A stretch of DNA of 64,000 nucleotides. Source: Dehalococcoidales bacterium. Lineage in GTDB: Bacteria > Chloroflexota > Dehalococcoidia > Dehalococcoidales > RBG-16-60-22. Under the pieces are notes generated by a model. That model saw nothing but the letters and a program-made list of their open reading frames with translations. It was not told the DNA's origin and ran no database searches. The translations under genes and the position numbers were made by a program. Below are positions 62,210 to 64,000 of the stretch, in pieces (positions within the stretch are counted from its first letter, which is position 1; each line of letters begins with the position of its first letter). The DNA is taken from NCBI GenBank assembly GCA_050018395.1, contig JBEKAC010000005.1, positions 4,794 to 68,793 of the forward strand, given 5' to 3'.

Positions 62210-62356
62210 ATGCCAAGAAAAATAAGGAGCGATAAAACGGTCGGCACAGTGGAAAAAGACCTGGGTCTGGCCACTGGTGCCATCAGGAATAAGGATGGAA
62301 GAGATACACGGTCTGACAAGGAAATCGGGACCATAAGAAAAGAACAAGGTAAATAG
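62210..62356 (+). CDS. small basic protein with an internal duplication
   Basis: 48 aa; RSDKTVGTVEKDLG / RSDKEIGTIRKEQG; aaaggaggg RBS. Confidence 0.35.
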   Translation: MPRKIRSDKTVGTVEKDLGLATGAIRNKDGRDTRSDKEIGTIRKEQGK

Positions 62357-62460
62357 AAAGTGAATTCTTGCGGAGTTTCATTTTCAAACGGTTTGGCGGC
62401 TAAATTTTCTGGCAGTCATGCCAGATAGCCGCTAAAAAAGGAATTACGAGGAGGTATGCA

Positions 62461-63060
62461 ATGGGTAGTAAATCGGCAAGGTTCATACCAAGCACCAGAT
62501 TGGCAGAATACGATGTGATTAATAAAAAGGGCGAAGACATGGGCCAGGTACAGAACTTCATCATCGACATGCATGAGGGTCTGATTGCGTTTGTACTGGT
62601 CGCCTTCGGAGGCTTTCTGGGCATTACCGACAAGTGGTTTGCCCTGCCATGGATCGCTTTAGAATGGCATCCGCAGACGAAGAAATTCATTCTGGATATG
62701 CCGGAAGAAGTTCTTAAGAATGCTCCGGGTATGCACAAGGATAAGTGGCTGGAAGAGATTGACAAGTGGCAGGAAGGTAAAGACCTGGAATTGGTTGACC
62801 ACTATTACACTTACTACGGGTATGATTCATACCTGGGCATAGTACAAAAGATGGTGGAAAAAAGAGGCCGGCGCAAAGTGGCCGCCAAGTTTGAGATAAA
62901 CAAGGACGTGGCCGGTGAATTCAGGTTCAAGCTGGTCGCGGTAAACGGAGAGATCATCGCGGTCTCCGAGGGTTATAAAAACAAAGATGGCGTGATGAAT
63001 GGTATTGCATCCGTCAAAACGAACGCGCCTGTAGCTGTGATTGACGACACGACTGTTTAA
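62461..63060 (+). CDS. PRC-barrel domain fused to a YegP/DUF1508 domain
   Basis: 199 aa; N-terminal LAEYDVINKKGEDMGQVQNFIIDMHEGLIAFVLVAFGG... (PRC barrel); C-terminal AAKFEINKDVAGEFRFKLVAVNGEIIAVSEGYKNKDGVMNGIASVK. Confidence 0.75.
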   Translation: MGSKSARFIPSTRLAEYDVINKKGEDMGQVQNFIIDMHEGLIAFVLVAFGGFLGITDKWFALPWIALEWHPQTKKFILDMPEEVLKNAPGMHKDKWLEEIDKWQEGKDLELVDHYYTYYGYDSYLGIVQKMVEKRGRRKVAAKFEINKDVAGEFRFKLVAVNGEIIAVSEGYKNKDGVMNGIASVKTNAPVAVIDDTTV

Positions 63061-63211
63061 CATCTTTAAGTCAAACAGCTGGGCCAATAATTGGGATATC
63101 CCGGTGAGCCGGTTATTTGGGCCGGCTCACCATATCCTGATTATCCCCGGTTGAACAGTCGAGATACCTTAGGTGGAAACTGGCGAATACTAAATTGAGA
63201 GGAAATATTAG

Positions 63212-63430
63212 ATGCCAAAGAAAATACTAAAAATAACTTCGCATTTACCGGCTATCCCGGAATGGCTGAAGATCAATAATTCCATCACTTTTCCCCTGCC
63301 GTTAAAAAGTGCCAAGGAACTGGCAAGCAAGCTCTTAGAAATTAATGAAGATGTAGAAATAGAGCTCAATTTTGCCTCCGGCAAGAAGGCTACTGTAGAA
63401 ATTAATTACGAGCTAAAGAAAAAGGAATAG
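63212..63430 (+). CDS. hypothetical protein
   Basis: 72-aa ORF with a gagagga RBS; no family recognised. Confidence 0.3.
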   Translation: MPKKILKITSHLPAIPEWLKINNSITFPLPLKSAKELASKLLEINEDVEIELNFASGKKATVEINYELKKKE

Positions 63431-63584
63431 ATTCCTCTTTATTTAATTAACAGGAAGCATTATTTAATAGCTATACTGCCGGCTTCAACTCGTCAGAACC
63501 AGAAAAATAGAAAAATAGACGAAACTAAAGATGTGCTCAATATTTCACGAACAGTAGCATTCATACTCCCGGAGGACACAACCG

Positions 63585-64000
63585 ATGACCTTATTTAAGA
63601 AAGATGAACCTCAATATCCACCACCCAAAACCACTACCGATATTGATGGACAGAACGATATAACCAAGGGAGAATTAACTAAAGGTATTTCGAAGAGAGC
63701 GGCCCGCCTCAAGGAACTGGAGTCGCTGCCGCACCGCAATGCAGCCCTGCACTGGGCCGCTTTTGTCCTGTCCCTGTTTTCGTTGGTGCTGCTGGCAGTC
63801 TGGACCTTTAGCTCGAAGGGGGCTGTGCCCCGAGCCTGGATATGGGTTGATATCGGGCTCGGCGTCGTTTTCGCGGTTGAGTTCTTTACCCGCAGCGGAT
63901 TCCGCTGGGGCCGGACAGCATATTTGCGTACCCGCTTTTTCGATTTCATCGCCATCGTTCCGGCGCTGGCGCTCGTCCACCACGGATTCGTCATCGAGGG
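63585..64000 (+). CDS. ion-transport (voltage-gated-channel-like) membrane protein, 5' part; runs off the window
   Basis: ATG 63585 with a ggagga RBS; no stop to the window end; WIWVDIGLGVVFAVEFFTRSGFRW...RFFDFIAIVPAL resembles S1-S3 of ion_trans proteins; not in the ORF track. Confidence 0.55.
   Translation, partial: MTLFKKDEPQYPPPKTTTDIDGQNDITKGELTKGISKRAARLKELESLPHRNAALHWAAFVLSLFSLVLLAVWTFSSKGAVPRAWIWVDIGLGVVFAVEFFTRSGFRWGRTAYLRTRFFDFIAIVPALALVHHGFVIE

Noticed and set aside
63611-63994. 127-aa and 102-aa minus-strand ORFs
   Set aside because: They are antisense to a plus-strand frame with an RBS, an ATG at 63585 and channel-like TM segments, which explains the region better.
1-64000. CRISPR arrays, tRNA/rRNA genes, IS elements and prophage genes
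   Set aside because: None were seen on visual inspection of the intergenic regions and translations. tmRNA is the only RNA gene recognised. A tRNAscan or Infernal run would be needed for certainty.

Overview
This is a bacterial chromosomal window: smpB and a one-piece tmRNA sit at 30.2-31.0 kb. By inference it is most consistent with an anaerobic Chloroflexota or Dehalococcoidia-like organism. No tRNA, rRNA, CRISPR array, transposase or integrase was seen.

The left half (1-31 kb) is mostly GC-rich core metabolism:
- metF and queA.
- A tightly packed minus-strand Wood-Ljungdahl block: fhs-folD-acsD-(AcsB C-terminal-domain-only gene)-acsC-acsE-DUF3786-nuoE/nuoF-like.
- A TPP riboswitch followed by thiC, then focA and htrA.
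- An archaeal-style UDP-GlcNAc block: glmM, two GlmU-like genes and glmS.

The right half (31-64 kb) is accessory:
- A roughly 12 kb, 19-gene gas-vesicle cluster starts directly after the tmRNA. It holds gvpA, N, F/L, G, K and O and two GvpA/J/M-family genes. It also carries unusual extras: a CDC48-type double AAA+ ATPase, three Hsp20-like genes, a 40-aa-repeat GvpC-like protein, zinc-ribbon additions, and a GvpF/L protein with an archaeal ribosomal-stalk P1/L12-like N-domain.
- An MFS transporter.
- An ABC-2 exporter with a LiaFSR-like two-component module.
- An archaeal-type type IV pilus locus: class III signal-peptide pilins, a FlaI-like ATPase and a split FlaJ/TadBC pair.
- A phosphorelay upstream of the pilus locus that includes a pseudo-receiver.
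- A block of small stress-type proteins (YegP/DUF1508 x3, DUF3096, lmo0937-like, PRC-barrel fusion), several of them below the ORF-track size cutoff.

The calls I consider most worth follow-up are:
- The stand-alone AcsB A-cluster domain, in which the Ni-binding Cys-Gly-Cys reads Cys-Ile-Leu.
- The chaperone and unfoldase-rich gas-vesicle cluster.
- The P1-like/GvpL fusion.
- The archaeal-type pilus locus in a bacterial genome.

All homology statements come from reading the translations and from memory of the protein families. No searches were run.
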